A DNA stretch of 49,227 bases from the NCBI GenBank assembly GCA_964637915.1, contig CAZWXN010000003.1, forward strand, positions 1 through 49,227, written 5' to 3'. The stretch is from an uncultured Nitrososphaeria archaeon (GTDB lineage Archaea > Thermoproteota > Nitrososphaeria_A > Caldarchaeales > Wolframiiraptoraceae). A program made the position numbers and the translations under genes. The notes under the pieces were generated by a model, which searched no databases, was not told the origin of the DNA, and saw only the letters and a program-made list of their open reading frames with translations. Numbering within the stretch: position 1 is the first letter of the stretch; every line of letters starts with the position of its first letter. Below, piece by piece: positions 39,611 through 49,194 of this stretch.

Positions 39611-40692
39611 CCTGGGGCCAGCTCATAGGGCGCTGAGGTCAGTCTCTCGACTCCATCCCTCTTGATGAGGATCGTGTCCTCGATTCTGACGCCGAATCTT
39701 TTCGGGAAGTATACTCCGGGCTCCACGGTTATCACCATTCCCTCGGTGAGTATCTCCTCGGAGTCCCTGAATAGCCTCGGTGGCTCATGAATCTCTATCC
39801 CGACGCCATGGCCGAGCGCGTGTAGGAAGTAGTCTGCGTAGCCCGCCGACGCTAGGACCTCATGCGCTGCATGGTAAATTTCTGAGGCCTTTACACCTAT
39901 CCTGATGAGCTCCTCGGCCCTGCGCTTAGCCTCTAAGACGGCTTGATGCACCCTAGATACTTCATTCGAGCCTAGTCCTAGATAGAATGTTCTTGTGATG
40001 TCGGAGCAATAGCCCTCATAGATGACGCCGAGATCGATCACTACGACATCCCCCCTCTCGATCATCCTATTCTTGTATGCTCCATGGGGCTTTGACGAAT
40101 TCGGGCCCGATGCGACTATCGGGTCGAATGCCGGCCCATCTCCGCCTAGGCTCAGCATCTCCCTCAATATCTCAGATTTCACCTCATATTCTGTTAGGCC
40201 CTCTCCAAGCAGCTCGGATGCGAGTTCCATGCATCTGGACGAGACCTGACATGCCTTCCTTATCTTCTCGATCTCAGACTCATCCTTAACCATCCTGAGC
40301 TTCCAGATGTGCTGGGAGACCGGTATCATCGAGCCGACGAGCTGGCCTGAGACCTTTAGATAATCCTCCACCTCCATAGCGTCGAATCCGATGCGTGTTT
40401 TGAGGCTCTCTGGTATAAGCTCGAAGACTCTGCGAATGTCGGAGCCCTGCTCGAGCTTAACAACCTGAATATCCCCCGGAACTGACTCCTCAGCTAGCTC
40501 AAAGTTCAGGGGTGAGACATAGAGTGTGGGAAATCCATCAACCGGGACCAAGAAATAGCCTGTGCCTCGATAGCCGGTGAAGTAGAAGATGTTCGCGGGA
40601 CTTCTCAGCAGCGCCCCGCTTAACCCATCACCTCTCAGGGACTCTATGAGCCTTCTCACGCGGCTCAGATAGCTCATCCCGATGCCGACCAC
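39607..40692 (-). CDS. Xaa-Pro peptidase (M24B)
   Basis: DLG..Y.SDITRT, HALGHGVGIEIHE, TVEPGVY, GVRIED. Confidence 0.95.
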   Translation of the reverse strand: MVGIGMSYLSRVRRLIESLRGDGLSGALLRSPANIFYFTGYRGTGYFLVPVDGFPTLYVSPLNFELAEESVPGDIQVVKLEQGSDIRRVFELIPESLKTRIGFDAMEVEDYLKVSGQLVGSMIPVSQHIWKLRMVKDESEIEKIRKACQVSSRCMELASELLGEGLTEYEVKSEILREMLSLGGDGPAFDPIVASGPNSSKPHGAYKNRMIERGDVVVIDLGVIYEGYCSDITRTFYLGLGSNEVSRVHQAVLEAKRRAEELIRIGVKASEIYHAAHEVLASAGYADYFLHALGHGVGIEIHEPPRLFRDSEEILTEGMVITVEPGVYFPKRFGVRIEDTILIKRDGVERLTSAPYELAPG

Positions 40693-40775
40693 GAGATTCC
40701 TAGGCCGGGGTATTTAAAGCCCTCACTCTCCCGCAGGTAAAGCCTTATCATTTGTGATTACTTAAGTGAGATCCG

Positions 40776-41423
40776 TTGAGGATCTGTGGGATAGATGAGG
40801 CGGGTAGAGGAGCTGTCATAGGCCCGATGGTGATCGCGGGCATCCTCGTGGATCAGTCGAGGGTGGGCGAGCTCATCGAGGCCGGTGTTAGGGACTCTAA
40901 GGAGCTGACGCCGGGTGTTAGGGCCGAGCTCTCCAAGCTGATAAGGGAGATCGCGGAGAGGGTTGAGCTAATAGTTGTCGAGGCCCGGCTGGTAGATGAG
41001 TCCACGAGGAGAAGCGGCGCCAAGGGGATCAATGAGCTTGAGGCCCGGATGATTGCAGAGATCATTAATAGGCTTAGGCCCGACGCCGCCTTTATAGACC
41101 TGCCCTCGACAAAGTATCATGATTTCAGGGCGTTGATAGAGCGGTATGCGGGCCACAAGTGCTCCCTCATACTCGAGCATAAGGCTGATCGAAAATATCC
41201 AGTCGTCTCAGCGGCCTCCATTATCGCGAAACATGAAAGGGATACGCTTATCAAGAAGCTGAGGGCCGAGCTCGGGGACTTCGGCTCAGGATATCCATCA
41301 GATCCAAAGACTCGGAACTTTCTACTCCAAGCCCTTATGAGGGGGGACCTCCGGAAGGAGCACATAAGACTTACATGGAAGACCATTTCAAAGCTTGCTC
41401 AGAGAAGGCTGGAAGATTTCTAG
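40776..41423 (+). CDS. rnhB: Ribonuclease HII
   Basis: GIDEAGRG, DSK, AASIIAK, GSGYPSD. Confidence 0.97.
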   Translation: MRICGIDEAGRGAVIGPMVIAGILVDQSRVGELIEAGVRDSKELTPGVRAELSKLIREIAERVELIVVEARLVDESTRRSGAKGINELEARMIAEIINRLRPDAAFIDLPSTKYHDFRALIERYAGHKCSLILEHKADRKYPVVSAASIIAKHERDTLIKKLRAELGDFGSGYPSDPKTRNFLLQALMRGDLRKEHIRLTWKTISKLAQRRLEDF

Positions 41424-41429
41424 CCCCGG

Positions 41430-42170
41430 GTGAGGGAGGGAGCTGAGAACTTGTCGAGGATCTCGAGGAGGACGTTTCTAGCGGGCGTCGTCGCAGGAGC
41501 CGCTGCGGCAATCTACTCCTTAATCGAGGCGCATAGGATAATCGTGACGAGGCTTAGGCTTGGGCTAGGCGCTAAGACAGCCTTCCTAGTGGATACGCAT
41601 ATCCATGGCATGGGATCTGTTGAGAAACAGGTTCTAGAGATCCTCAGGGAGGAGAGGCCGAGGATAATCCTACATGGCGGCGATGTTATTGACGAGCTTA
41701 CAGGCTCGCTTGATCAGGTCAAGCTCTACCTCTCATCCATGGAGGCCGATGAGAAGTATGCCGTCCTTGGTAACCATGATTACTGGTGCGGCAGGACGAG
41801 GAAGCTCATGCAAATCCTCGAAGAATGCGGCTTTAAGGTTCTCCGAGATGAGGTCGTGGAGAGCGAGATCGGGCGGATACTAGGTGTGGATTGGAGGGAT
41901 GATAGGAGATATGCTTCTGGGGTGCGCCGCGCCGACATAATATTGGCGCATGACCCTAATGTCGCCCTCTATGCCCATGATGCGGGAATAATCCTCGCGG
42001 GCCATACTCATGGTGGGGTGATGTTCGGGCCCTCCACGATACTCACGAACTCCGCCTACACCCGTGGACTATATGATCTCGGCGACACGCTGCTCTACGT
42101 CTCGAGGGGGCTCGGCAGCATTATCCCACTCAGGCCAACCTCGCCGCTCGAGCTCGTGATCCTCGACTGA
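41430..42170 (+). CDS. Metallophosphoesterase with Tat-like signal
   Basis: SRRTFL; DTH, GGD..D, GNHD, GHTHGG, SRGLG. Confidence 0.92.
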   Translation: MREGAENLSRISRRTFLAGVVAGAAAAIYSLIEAHRIIVTRLRLGLGAKTAFLVDTHIHGMGSVEKQVLEILREERPRIILHGGDVIDELTGSLDQVKLYLSSMEADEKYAVLGNHDYWCGRTRKLMQILEECGFKVLRDEVVESEIGRILGVDWRDDRRYASGVRRADIILAHDPNVALYAHDAGIILAGHTHGGVMFGPSTILTNSAYTRGLYDLGDTLLYVSRGLGSIIPLRPTSPLELVILD

Positions 42171-42223
42171 TCATGGTAAGCGAACATTCTTTATCACACA
42201 AGGCTGTAAAATGTCTCCGGGAT

Positions 42224-42781
42224 ATGAGCGCGGGATCTTGGAGGATCTTCTATGCCCTGACTGGGCTGCCGGGGTCCGGGAAGACCACGGCCATCCTAAG
42301 GATTGTTGACCGGCTCATGGGGCTCGGGGTCAAGGTTGGCGGGATGTATACTCAGGAGATCCGGGAGCGGGGGAGGAGGATCGGGTTCGCAGTCAAGAAG
42401 GTTGGCGGCGGCGAGGGGATACTTGCGCACATAGATCTAAGAAGCGGGCCGAGGCTCGGGAAATACGTCGTCAACTTGAATGATCTTGAGGGAGTTGGGG
42501 TTGCAGCCATACTCGAGGCCGTGGAGAAGGCGGATGTAGTAGTTGTTGATGAGATCGGCCCAATGGAGCTCTATAGCGAGAAGTTCAGGCAGGCGGTTGA
42601 AAGGCTCCTGGCGTCCAGCAAGCATGCGATCCTCACGGTCCATTATAGGTCGAGGGATCCACTCGTCCTCAGGGTTAAGGAGCTTGCTGGGAGGAGGCTG
42701 ATTACTCTGACGCCTGAGAATCGTGATAGGGTTCCGGAGATTGTTGTGAGTGAGGTCTTGGGGGTGCTTGGGAAGAGATGA
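42224..42781 (+). CDS. THEP1-family NTPase
   Basis: TGLPGSGKTT, R.GF, GKY.V, DEIGPMEL. Confidence 0.95.
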   Translation: MSAGSWRIFYALTGLPGSGKTTAILRIVDRLMGLGVKVGGMYTQEIRERGRRIGFAVKKVGGGEGILAHIDLRSGPRLGKYVVNLNDLEGVGVAAILEAVEKADVVVVDEIGPMELYSEKFRQAVERLLASSKHAILTVHYRSRDPLVLRVKELAGRRLITLTPENRDRVPEIVVSEVLGVLGKR

Positions 42782-43977
42782 TGCCGGAGCCCGGATATGA
42801 GCTTGAGCTGAGGAGAGAGGGGATGGCGATATTCTACTCGCCGAAGATCCCTGAAGGAAGGAGTTTCGCTCCAACGAGCCTGCCCGTCTTCTTTAACCCA
42901 TTCTCGAAGCCGAATCGTGATGTAACGGTACTCTTTCTTGCCGCATGGTTTAAGGGACTCAAGATCAGGGCTTGCGATGCTCTGGCTGGTGTTGGTGTTA
43001 GGAGTATCCGGATGCTCCTCGAGACCGATGTTGTTGGCGAGGTGACCGTGAATGATGTCTCAACTAGGGCATATGAGCTCATCAAGCTGAACATGGAGAT
43101 AAATAAACTCGGGGAATTCGTCGAGGTGACCTGCATGGATGCGAATGAGTTGCTTGCCGAGTGTGGGAGGGAGAGGCCGAGATACCATTACGTGGATATT
43201 GATCCAGCGGGGTCGCCGGCGCCATTTATTGAGAATGGGGTTAGGGGTTGTAGGAGGGGTGGCGTGATGGGCGCGACGGCCACGGATATGCCGGCACTCG
43301 TCGGAGCCAAGCCAGAATCATGTCTGAGAAAATACGATGCAAAGCCCCTGAGAGTGCCATTCTCCAAGGAGATCGCCCTAAGGATTCTCGCGGGATTCAT
43401 TGTCAGGTCGGTGGCCAGGCTTGGGATCGCTGCCAAGCCCATACTATCATTCTCGAAGGATCATTACATCAGGATCTTCGCCGTGGTTGAGAGGGGTAGA
43501 AGGCTGGCGAACGAGGTACTTAGGAGTATCGGCTGGATCTCCTACTGTCCCTCATGCTTGGCAATACGTAGCGTGAGCAGGTTCGATGGCCCGATCATGG
43601 CATGCGAGTCCTGTGGTGGTAGGATGGATTATGCTGGCCCAGCATGGATTGGAGAACTCACGAGCCAGGAGCTGGCGGAGAGAGTTTATCAGAAGGCCTT
43701 GGAGAGCCCCGAGCTTTATCGGGAGTCCCTTAAGCTATTAGATGGATTAAGGAGGGAGGATCACGGCTTATTGGGATATCATCCAGTAAACCATCTGGCC
43801 AGGATTTTTGGAGGCTCTCCGGTCAAGCCCTCCATGCTCATAGAGAAGTTGAGGGAGCTTGGCTATAGGGCATCAACAACTCACATAGACCCGAGCGGTG
43901 TTAAGACTAATGCCCCGCTGGAAGCTTTAAGAAGCGTCTTTGAGGAGCTTAGGGCCAAGAAGCTGGGAAGTTTCTAG
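42778..43977 (+). CDS. trm1: tRNA (guanine26-N2)-dimethyltransferase
   Basis: VFFNP..NRD, GVRSIR, DIDP.GSP, TATD, HYIR, Zn finger, GP.W.G, TH..P.GVKTNAP. Confidence 0.95.
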   Translation: MMPEPGYELELRREGMAIFYSPKIPEGRSFAPTSLPVFFNPFSKPNRDVTVLFLAAWFKGLKIRACDALAGVGVRSIRMLLETDVVGEVTVNDVSTRAYELIKLNMEINKLGEFVEVTCMDANELLAECGRERPRYHYVDIDPAGSPAPFIENGVRGCRRGGVMGATATDMPALVGAKPESCLRKYDAKPLRVPFSKEIALRILAGFIVRSVARLGIAAKPILSFSKDHYIRIFAVVERGRRLANEVLRSIGWISYCPSCLAIRSVSRFDGPIMACESCGGRMDYAGPAWIGELTSQELAERVYQKALESPELYRESLKLLDGLRREDHGLLGYHPVNHLARIFGGSPVKPSMLIEKLRELGYRASTTHIDPSGVKTNAPLEALRSVFEELRAKKLGSF

Positions 43978-44174
43978 CCTCTAACAGGTACATAATCCTT
44001 AACCTGATAGCTGCCTTTTTACATCGCCTCCTTATAGCCTAACTATCGCCGATGTTACGTATTTCTCATGAAATCAGCTACCACATTTGATTCCGAGCCT
44101 AGGTGTATCTTGATCTTTATCTCGACCTTTGCGTATAACATGAGCAATAAATTCTAATTCTCATTAAACCCGTC

Positions 44175-44335
44175 TCAGAACCTTTTCCTACACATCTTGC
44201 ATACCACCCGAATCATCCTCCTATTTACAATAAAGCCCCGAGCCCCTCCTCCAGCTCCTTTCTCATAGGGGCCATGAGCCCTCTGCATAGATCGCATACG
44301 GCCACATGCTTCTCAATATGCAGGACCTTTTTGAT
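44175..44335 (-). pseudogene. Frameshifted small Zn-ribbon gene relic
   Basis: IKKVLHIEKHVAVCDLCRGLM.. then, in another frame, FIVNRRMIRVVCKMCRKRF*; TTTTAAG TATA-like box ~28 nt upstream of an ATC. Confidence 0.5.
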
Positions 44336-44559
44336 CCTATCTTTCTTATCGACTAGGAGGGCTTAAAATTTCTCAGGGGGAGGTATCCTATTTTCGGGAT
44401 GGTCCTTAATGAGTAAGGGAGGGCCTGCATCGGGGAGATGTGGGAATGTTATTGCCTGGGTTTCTAGCTAGTAAACCATTAACTATCGAGGAGCTTGAGC
44501 TTAAGATCGGAATTAATAATCTACCAAAGGAGCGGGCGATGCATAAGTTGGAATTGGAA

Positions 44560-44581
44560 TTAATGACTTTAAGGTCATTAA
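44560..44581. repeat. 22-bp near-perfect palindrome
   Basis: TTAATGACTTT|AAGGTCATTAA, one mismatch. Confidence 0.85.
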
Positions 44582-44611
44582 GAGTATCATATCTTATAGC
44601 AACAAAGTCAT

Positions 44612-44752
44612 TGGCCGGCGAGTAGTAAAGGCCATAAAGATCAGTAAGGCATTTTAGCTCTTCCCACCGTGAATGGATTTATAAATCCATTCATGGATGG
44701 CGTTAGGGCCATTCCCTGCTGGTCTTTTATGGCTACGAGGACTCGCCGGCCA
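44612..44752. repeat. 141-bp two-fold symmetric element with a perfect 24-bp central palindrome
   Basis: Centre TGAATGGATTTA|TAAATCCATTCA (44670-44693); perfect 12-bp terminal IR TGGCCGGCGAGT/ACTCGCCGGCCA; inner IR 44631-44644 vs 44719-44733. Confidence 0.9.
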
Positions 44753-44824
44753 GCTCCACCCTCCATCTCTATTAAAACCAAGAGCTAAAAATATCCATCC
44801 GGATGATTATGCTGGCTGGAGGGA

Positions 44825-45439
44825 ATGCCTACCCGGAGATGGATTGAGGAGGCTAAGAGGGATCCATATAGGCGGAGGGCGAGGGGGGAGGGTTACAGGT
44901 CTAGGGCAGCCTACAAGCTCGAGGAGGCTCAGAGAAGATTCGGGCTTCTCAAGAGGGGGGATATAGTCGTGGAGCTTGGAGCCTGGCCCGGTGGCATGGC
45001 GCAGGCCGCCTCTAGAATCGTGGGCCCGGAGGGCCTAGTAGTCGCCGTGGACGTGAGGAAATTTAAGCCCTTCGAGGAGGAGAATATCATAACACTCCAG
45101 CTTGATATCTTGGAGGATGATGTTGTCGGGGAGGTTTTAAGAGTCTTGGATGGAAGGCGTGCAGACCTTCTGATATCTGATGCCTCACCATCTTTCACGG
45201 GGATAAGGGAGATAGATATTGTCAGGCAGTATGAGCTCGCCCTGAGATCTTATGAGATAGCTGGGAGCCTAGTTAGGCGTGATGGCTCCCTGATGCTAAA
45301 GGCATTTGATAGCGAGGAGGCCATGGAGCTAGCGGAGAAGCTTAGAAGAGACTACGCGGTCGTGAAGAGGTTTGTGCCTCAGGCTAAGAGAAAGACGAGC
45401 TCAGAGTTCTACTTCATAGCTATGGGTAAGCGCTTCTAG
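44825..45439 (+). CDS. rlmE: 23S rRNA Um2552 methyltransferase (FtsJ)
   Basis: GYRSRAAYKL, ELGAWPGG, SDASP, K, SSEFY. Confidence 0.95.
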   Translation: MPTRRWIEEAKRDPYRRRARGEGYRSRAAYKLEEAQRRFGLLKRGDIVVELGAWPGGMAQAASRIVGPEGLVVAVDVRKFKPFEEENIITLQLDILEDDVVGEVLRVLDGRRADLLISDASPSFTGIREIDIVRQYELALRSYEIAGSLVRRDGSLMLKAFDSEEAMELAEKLRRDYAVVKRFVPQAKRKTSSEFYFIAMGKRF

Positions 45440-45861
45440 GGCTGGGCCTCGACGCTCTGCTCCCGAATATTCTCGGCTTGGGCCATCCGTGCCTGAGCCT
45501 CGCCCTTGACAGTGAATGACTCAATCACCCACCTCTCCAGCTTCGGGCAGTTCTTCGGCGATATGACGCCGCCCTCCCCACAGACATGCTCCTGCTCGCA
45601 TGCTAGGCAGGGCGCGCCCTTAATCGGCTCTATCGTCACCCTCCTGATGAGCGGGACAAGCCTCCTCGTCCATCTATCCCTCGCGAATTCCTTAACCCTC
45701 TTCACCATCCCCTTCTTCTCAAGCCTAATTGCTATTCTAGAGCCCTCCCTACTGGTCACGCCGAGCTTATGCCAGAGCTCGGACTGGAGAAGACCTTTAT
45801 CTTGATACTTTAGCAAAAGCGCTATAGCCTTCTCCTCAAGCTTGCTAAGCTTCTGGGGCAA
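45436..45861 (-). CDS. Archaeal RPC34-like / TFE-beta-like protein (wHTH + Cys cluster)
   Basis: GLLQSELW..LG..SREGSR..LEKKG wHTH; PCLAC....C......SP.NC..L..W; next to tfb and gar1. Confidence 0.8.
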   Translation of the reverse strand: MPQKLSKLEEKAIALLLKYQDKGLLQSELWHKLGVTSREGSRIAIRLEKKGMVKRVKEFARDRWTRRLVPLIRRVTIEPIKGAPCLACEQEHVCGEGGVISPKNCPKLERWVIESFTVKGEAQARMAQAENIREQSVEAQP

Positions 45862-45916
45862 GAAGAGACACCCAAAAGATAGTATATACCCACGCCCATC
45901 TTATAAAGATGTCATG

Positions 45917-46732
45917 TCATAGCGCTGTCTCAGCGCATAGCCGGCCCATTTCCCCTACTCTCCTCCTAAGAGTGGTTAAGCTTATCTTGGCGAGGCCTGC
46001 GACGCGCCTTTGAGAGACCCTGTAGCCCAGGCTTCTAGCAGCGATGTATACGGCTGCTGCTGCAAGCGCCCTTCTACTCCTCCCTTGGGACAACCCGGCC
46101 TTGATCGCCAGCTCGCAGATCCTGCAAGCATGCTTCTCCACTTCTCCCGGGAGCCTCAGCGCCCCGATGAACCTAGCAATACACGCCTCCACACTCTCCA
46201 ACACCTTTACTCCAAGCGCGTTGGCGAGTCGCATGGAAAGACTCCTGATAGATGCCGGGTCCAGCCCAGCGACCTCAGCTAAGTCTCCTGCTCCAATTGG
46301 CAGGCCATGAACCCTGCTCGATAAATGTAAAAGTGCTATGGGGAGCATGTTGACCTCCCTCGAGTATTCTGCAAGCCTAGACCTCAGCCTTCTCAGGAGA
46401 AGGGCCCCGGTCTCAGCAACGGCCCTCGGTAAGCCCATACTTGTGCTCAGGCGATAAATCTCCGAGAGGATCATAACAAGCCTGCGCTCCTCCCATCCCC
46501 TCAAACCCCTTTCTACTGGCGAGGGGGTGGAGAGACCGAGATCATGAATCAGCGGTGTCAGCGGTGCTCCAGCCCTCTCCCTCCTAAGCCTATCACCATC
46601 GCCATAAGCCCTCCACTCAGGGCCGCGATAAGGGAGGATCCCAGCAACGGCGCCGCATCTCAAGCACACAAGCTCGCCCGAGAACTCATCCTCCATTAAC
46701 CGCTCTCCACAGACTGGACACACCTCATCCAT
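45917..46732 (-). CDS. tfb: Transcription initiation factor IIB (divergent)
   Basis: CPVCG..GELVCLRCG, GPEWRAY, R.GAP.T..IHDLGLST, two cyclin folds, GRS..LAAAAVYIA. Confidence 0.9.
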   Translation of the reverse strand: MDEVCPVCGERLMEDEFSGELVCLRCGAVAGILPYRGPEWRAYGDGDRLRRERAGAPLTPLIHDLGLSTPSPVERGLRGWEERRLVMILSEIYRLSTSMGLPRAVAETGALLLRRLRSRLAEYSREVNMLPIALLHLSSRVHGLPIGAGDLAEVAGLDPASIRSLSMRLANALGVKVLESVEACIARFIGALRLPGEVEKHACRICELAIKAGLSQGRSRRALAAAAVYIAARSLGYRVSQRRVAGLAKISLTTLRRRVGEMGRLCAETAL

Positions 46733-46811
46733 GCAGTCCTTCCGGAGGAAGACCTAGGCCGAGATCTAATAAAGAGGATGATCTGGCCAGCTTGCTCCGG
46801 CTCTCCGCGTA

Positions 46812-47087
46812 TTACTTGGATCTGCGCCCGGTATCCCGCTTACCCCGATCCTCCCGGAGCACATAGAGAGGTGTGCCCTCCTCGTAATGCAGGTTCCCGC
46901 CCATCACCTCTACGAAGAAGTGGTTGACGGGCCCGAGGACGCTCACCACCCTTCCAACCTCCCTCAACCGCGAGTCATAGATCTTCTCGCCAAGCTCTGG
47001 TAGAAGCTCTGCCTCGACTACTAGGCTCCCCTCAACCCTCCCCCAGACCTTTCCAAGCCTCTTCAGCTTCTTGGCCCCGCGGCTCAT
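46812..47087 (-). CDS. gar1: H/ACA RNP protein Gar1
   Basis: LG.V, G..IYD....VGRV..VLGPV; conserved srp19-gar1-tfb order. Confidence 0.85.
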   Translation of the reverse strand: MSRGAKKLKRLGKVWGRVEGSLVVEAELLPELGEKIYDSRLREVGRVVSVLGPVNHFFVEVMGGNLHYEEGTPLYVLREDRGKRDTGRRSK

Positions 47088-47374
47088 CGAGTCTCACCGG
47101 ATTTCATGGCCTTTGCTAGTGCCTTTATCACCTCGCTCTTCTTCATGGGCTTCCCGGGATTTACTATAACCTTGCCGGTCTTCCTCCACCAGAAGGCTGG
47201 ATGACCTCCAGGCTCGATCACAGCAGACCAGCCAAGCCTTCTAGCCGCCTCCATGATCTGCTCAGCCCTAGGATTTCTCATGGAAAGGCTGAGAGGAACC
47301 CTCCTACAAAGAGATCTGCTAACCGAGGCATCGAAATATATGGGCCAGATAACATATCCCTTCTTCTTTAACAA
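47084..47374 (-). CDS. srp19: Signal recognition particle 19 kDa protein
   Basis: IWPIYFD..SRS..RRVP, HPAFWW..G.V, KS. Confidence 0.95.
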   Translation of the reverse strand: MLKKKGYVIWPIYFDASVSRSLCRRVPLSLSMRNPRAEQIMEAARRLGWSAVIEPGGHPAFWWRKTGKVIVNPGKPMKKSEVIKALAKAMKSGETR

Positions 47375-47388
47375 GTTGTTATCGCACC

Positions 47389-47772
47389 CTACTTGACTAG
47401 GATCGCGTTTATGACCCCATCCTGTCCAGGCCTAGATGTTACAACCGCCCTGCCGAGCTCGGTCTCTATAACCGCGCCCCTTGTTATGACACCCCTCCTC
47501 TCTAGATCCTTGTTAGCCGGATTGGCGACAACCCTCAATATCTTAACCTTCCTCGAGACCTTCTTTTCAGGATCAGTTACATTCGCATAGAGATCCGCCA
47601 TCAACGCGTATTTCACGTTCCCGCCCCTAGCCCTCTTCTCCTTAAGCTTGCGCTCGCCCAGAATCGTGTAAACCGGATCTTCTCCACGCTCATACCTCCG
47701 CTTCTTCCTATAGGGCCTCCGCTTTCCGCCTGTCGGCTTCCGCTTATGCAGATCCCAGTGCCACTGGACCAT
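47389..47772 (-). CDS. rps8e: 30S ribosomal protein S8e
   Basis: RKPTGGK, RARGGNVK, VTSRPGQDGVINA. Confidence 0.99.
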   Translation of the reverse strand: MVQWHWDLHKRKPTGGKRRPYRKKRRYERGEDPVYTILGERKLKEKRARGGNVKYALMADLYANVTDPEKKVSRKVKILRVVANPANKDLERRGVITRGAVIETELGRAVVTSRPGQDGVINAILVK

Positions 47773-47803
47773 TCCGCCGAGACGGAGAAAATCCAGCTAA
47801 TAA

Positions 47804-48175
<372 letters not shown>

Positions 48176-48352
48176 TGAAATGGAGGCCGAGCAGATAGAG
48201 ATCCAGAGGAGGGTGAGGCTGTGGAGGCCGGAGGTTCGTGAAGTGTATGAGAGGTTCAGGGATTGCTTGAGGAGTCTGGATTGCTGGATGACTTGACCAA
48301 GATGCTGGACTATGGTGAGATGAAGAGTAGGAAGCGAGGTGGAGACGAGAAA

Positions 48353-49194
48353 TTGAAGAAATATAGGTCACTAGGCATATATCAGAAACTTCAGATATAT
48401 AACGAAGTTTCATGCATGCGGAAAAAGGGATTTAGTTGCAGACAGATTCAAAAAAAAGTATCGAGGAAAAGTACGGCGTTCAATTATATATTTCAGTAAT
48501 ATCCAAGTGGGTGCGTCAAAAGCAACATCCATTCCGAAATTACAATAGACTGACCACAGGACCCCAACTGGCCTATGCTATCTCTGCATGGCTCGGAGAT
48601 GGAGGGCTTGCATATATAAAGCGTTACCGTGAATATAAAGTTCATCTTGCCGTTAAAGACTATGACTTCGCGGAAAAATGGGGACAATGTATCGCTAAGG
48701 CGCTTGGAAGGAGAAAGCCGTATAAACCTAAGTGGGAAAAACGTAACCGAAGATGGGTAACTAGAGTGCGCAGTAAGTTACTTTATGACTTGTTGAAGAA
48801 AGCTAAGAACAATCCTTGGATCCTTATGCCGTATCTAGAGAGCCACCCAGCTGATGCATGTAGGGGATTTTTCGATGCGAAAGGTGGGGTTAACACCAAT
48901 AGCTATGAACTTGTAGCATATAACACAGACCTCAGAATTATTCAATTGTTTATGGAACTTCTTAAGAGAATCGGCATACAATGCAGTATACGAGAAGTCC
49001 CGTATAAGAGCGACATTATCTGCTCACCAGCGAATAATAAAATATACCATAGAAACAAACATAGCTGCTTTCGATTAGCAATACACGGTAAAAAGAATAT
49101 CTTGAGATTCGCCGAGGAGGTAGGTTTTACAATTGCTAGGAAACGAACTGAGCTTGCTCGAATGCTAGAGAAAACTGAGATATTCGGTGAATAA
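48353..49194 (+). pseudogene. HTH + double-motif LAGLIDADG endonuclease, frameshifted at an A8 run
   Basis: GAGGTG SD then TTG; GFSCRQIQKK|IEEKYGV.L..S.ISKWV HTH; LAYAISAWLGDG and CRGFFDAKG motifs; AT-rich. Confidence 0.85.

Noticed and set aside
44612-44752. CRISPR or TIGR array, or tRNA relic (arms end in CCA)
   Set aside because: Only two units, inverted rather than tandem; no cas or Nop-domain gene nearby; no T-loop or cloverleaf
44697-44966. 89-aa ORF starting within the symmetric element
   Set aside because: Overlaps rlmE out of frame and has no protein-like motifs
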